From: Mobula hypostoma | Lineage: Eukaryota | Assembly: GCF_963921235.1 (NCBI RefSeq) | Contig: NC_086108.1 | Span: 35,900,001-35,964,000, forward strand | Direction: 5' to 3' | DNA: 64,000 bases | Part shown: piece by piece, positions 63,617 to 64,000 of the stretch | Numbering within the stretch: position 1 is the stretch's first letter | Layout: each line of letters starts with the position of its first letter | The notes under the pieces: model-generated | What the model was told of the DNA's origin: nothing | The model's input: the letters and a program-made list of their open reading frames with translations, nothing else | Database searches by the model: none | Translations under genes and position numbers: made by a program

Positions 63617-64000
63617 TAGAACATAGAACAATACAGCATAGACCAGGCCATTCAGCCCAGAATGTTTTGACCTGCTTCAAGATCAATCTCATCCTTCCCT
63701 CCCCCATAGCTCCGCATTCTTCTTTCATCTGCTTGCCTATGTAAGAATCTTATACACCTCTATCAAGTCACCTCACATCCTCCTTCGCTCCAAAGAGTAA
63801 AGCTCCAGCTTGCTCAATCTTTCCTCACAAGATATTCCAGAATCCAGGTAACCATTTCTACACCCTCTCTAAAGCTTCCACATCCTTCCTATGAAGCAAA
63901 CAGAACTGAACACAATGTTCCAAGTGTGATCTAACCAGAGTTTTATAGACCTGCAGCAATACTTCATGGATCCTGAACTCAATCACCTGACTAATGAAGG
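63617..64000 (-). mobile_element. CR1 3' fragment, runs off the window
   Basis: tagaacatagaac tail and CR1-like 3' coding relic. Confidence 0.75.

Overview
Vertebrate nuclear DNA, most likely a cartilaginous fish (ray/shark; inferred only from the repeat repertoire of CR1, Rex1/Babar, Penelope-like elements and V-SINEs). The one host gene I can support is the 3' end of UCHL5/UCH37 on the minus strand: five coding exons between 62875 and 48322, a GC-AG last intron and tandem AATAAA signals near 47.98 kb. The rest is dominated by transposable elements. (1) A young 3.64-kb Ty3/Gypsy LTR retrotransposon (1035-4677; 229-bp LTRs with 4 differences; TCATC target-site duplication). It has no tRNA primer-binding site; instead its PBS is complementary to its own LTR and closes a ~87-nt hairpin, which suggests self-priming. 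It also has a YLDN RT motif and an in-frame deletion of the integrase core. (2) Two TSD-flanked palindromic Penelope-like insertions carrying minimal hammerhead ribozyme motifs, in the UCHL5 introns on either side of one exon. (3) An internally deleted IR/DR Tc1 element and a fossil DD37E/IS630-like transposon with nested insertions. (4) Many CR1, Rex1/Babar and SINE copies. A duplicated non-coding module containing a CTCF motif lies just 3' of UCHL5. Most short ORFs in the track are by-products of repeats. All analysis was by eye; boundaries of old repeats are approximate.
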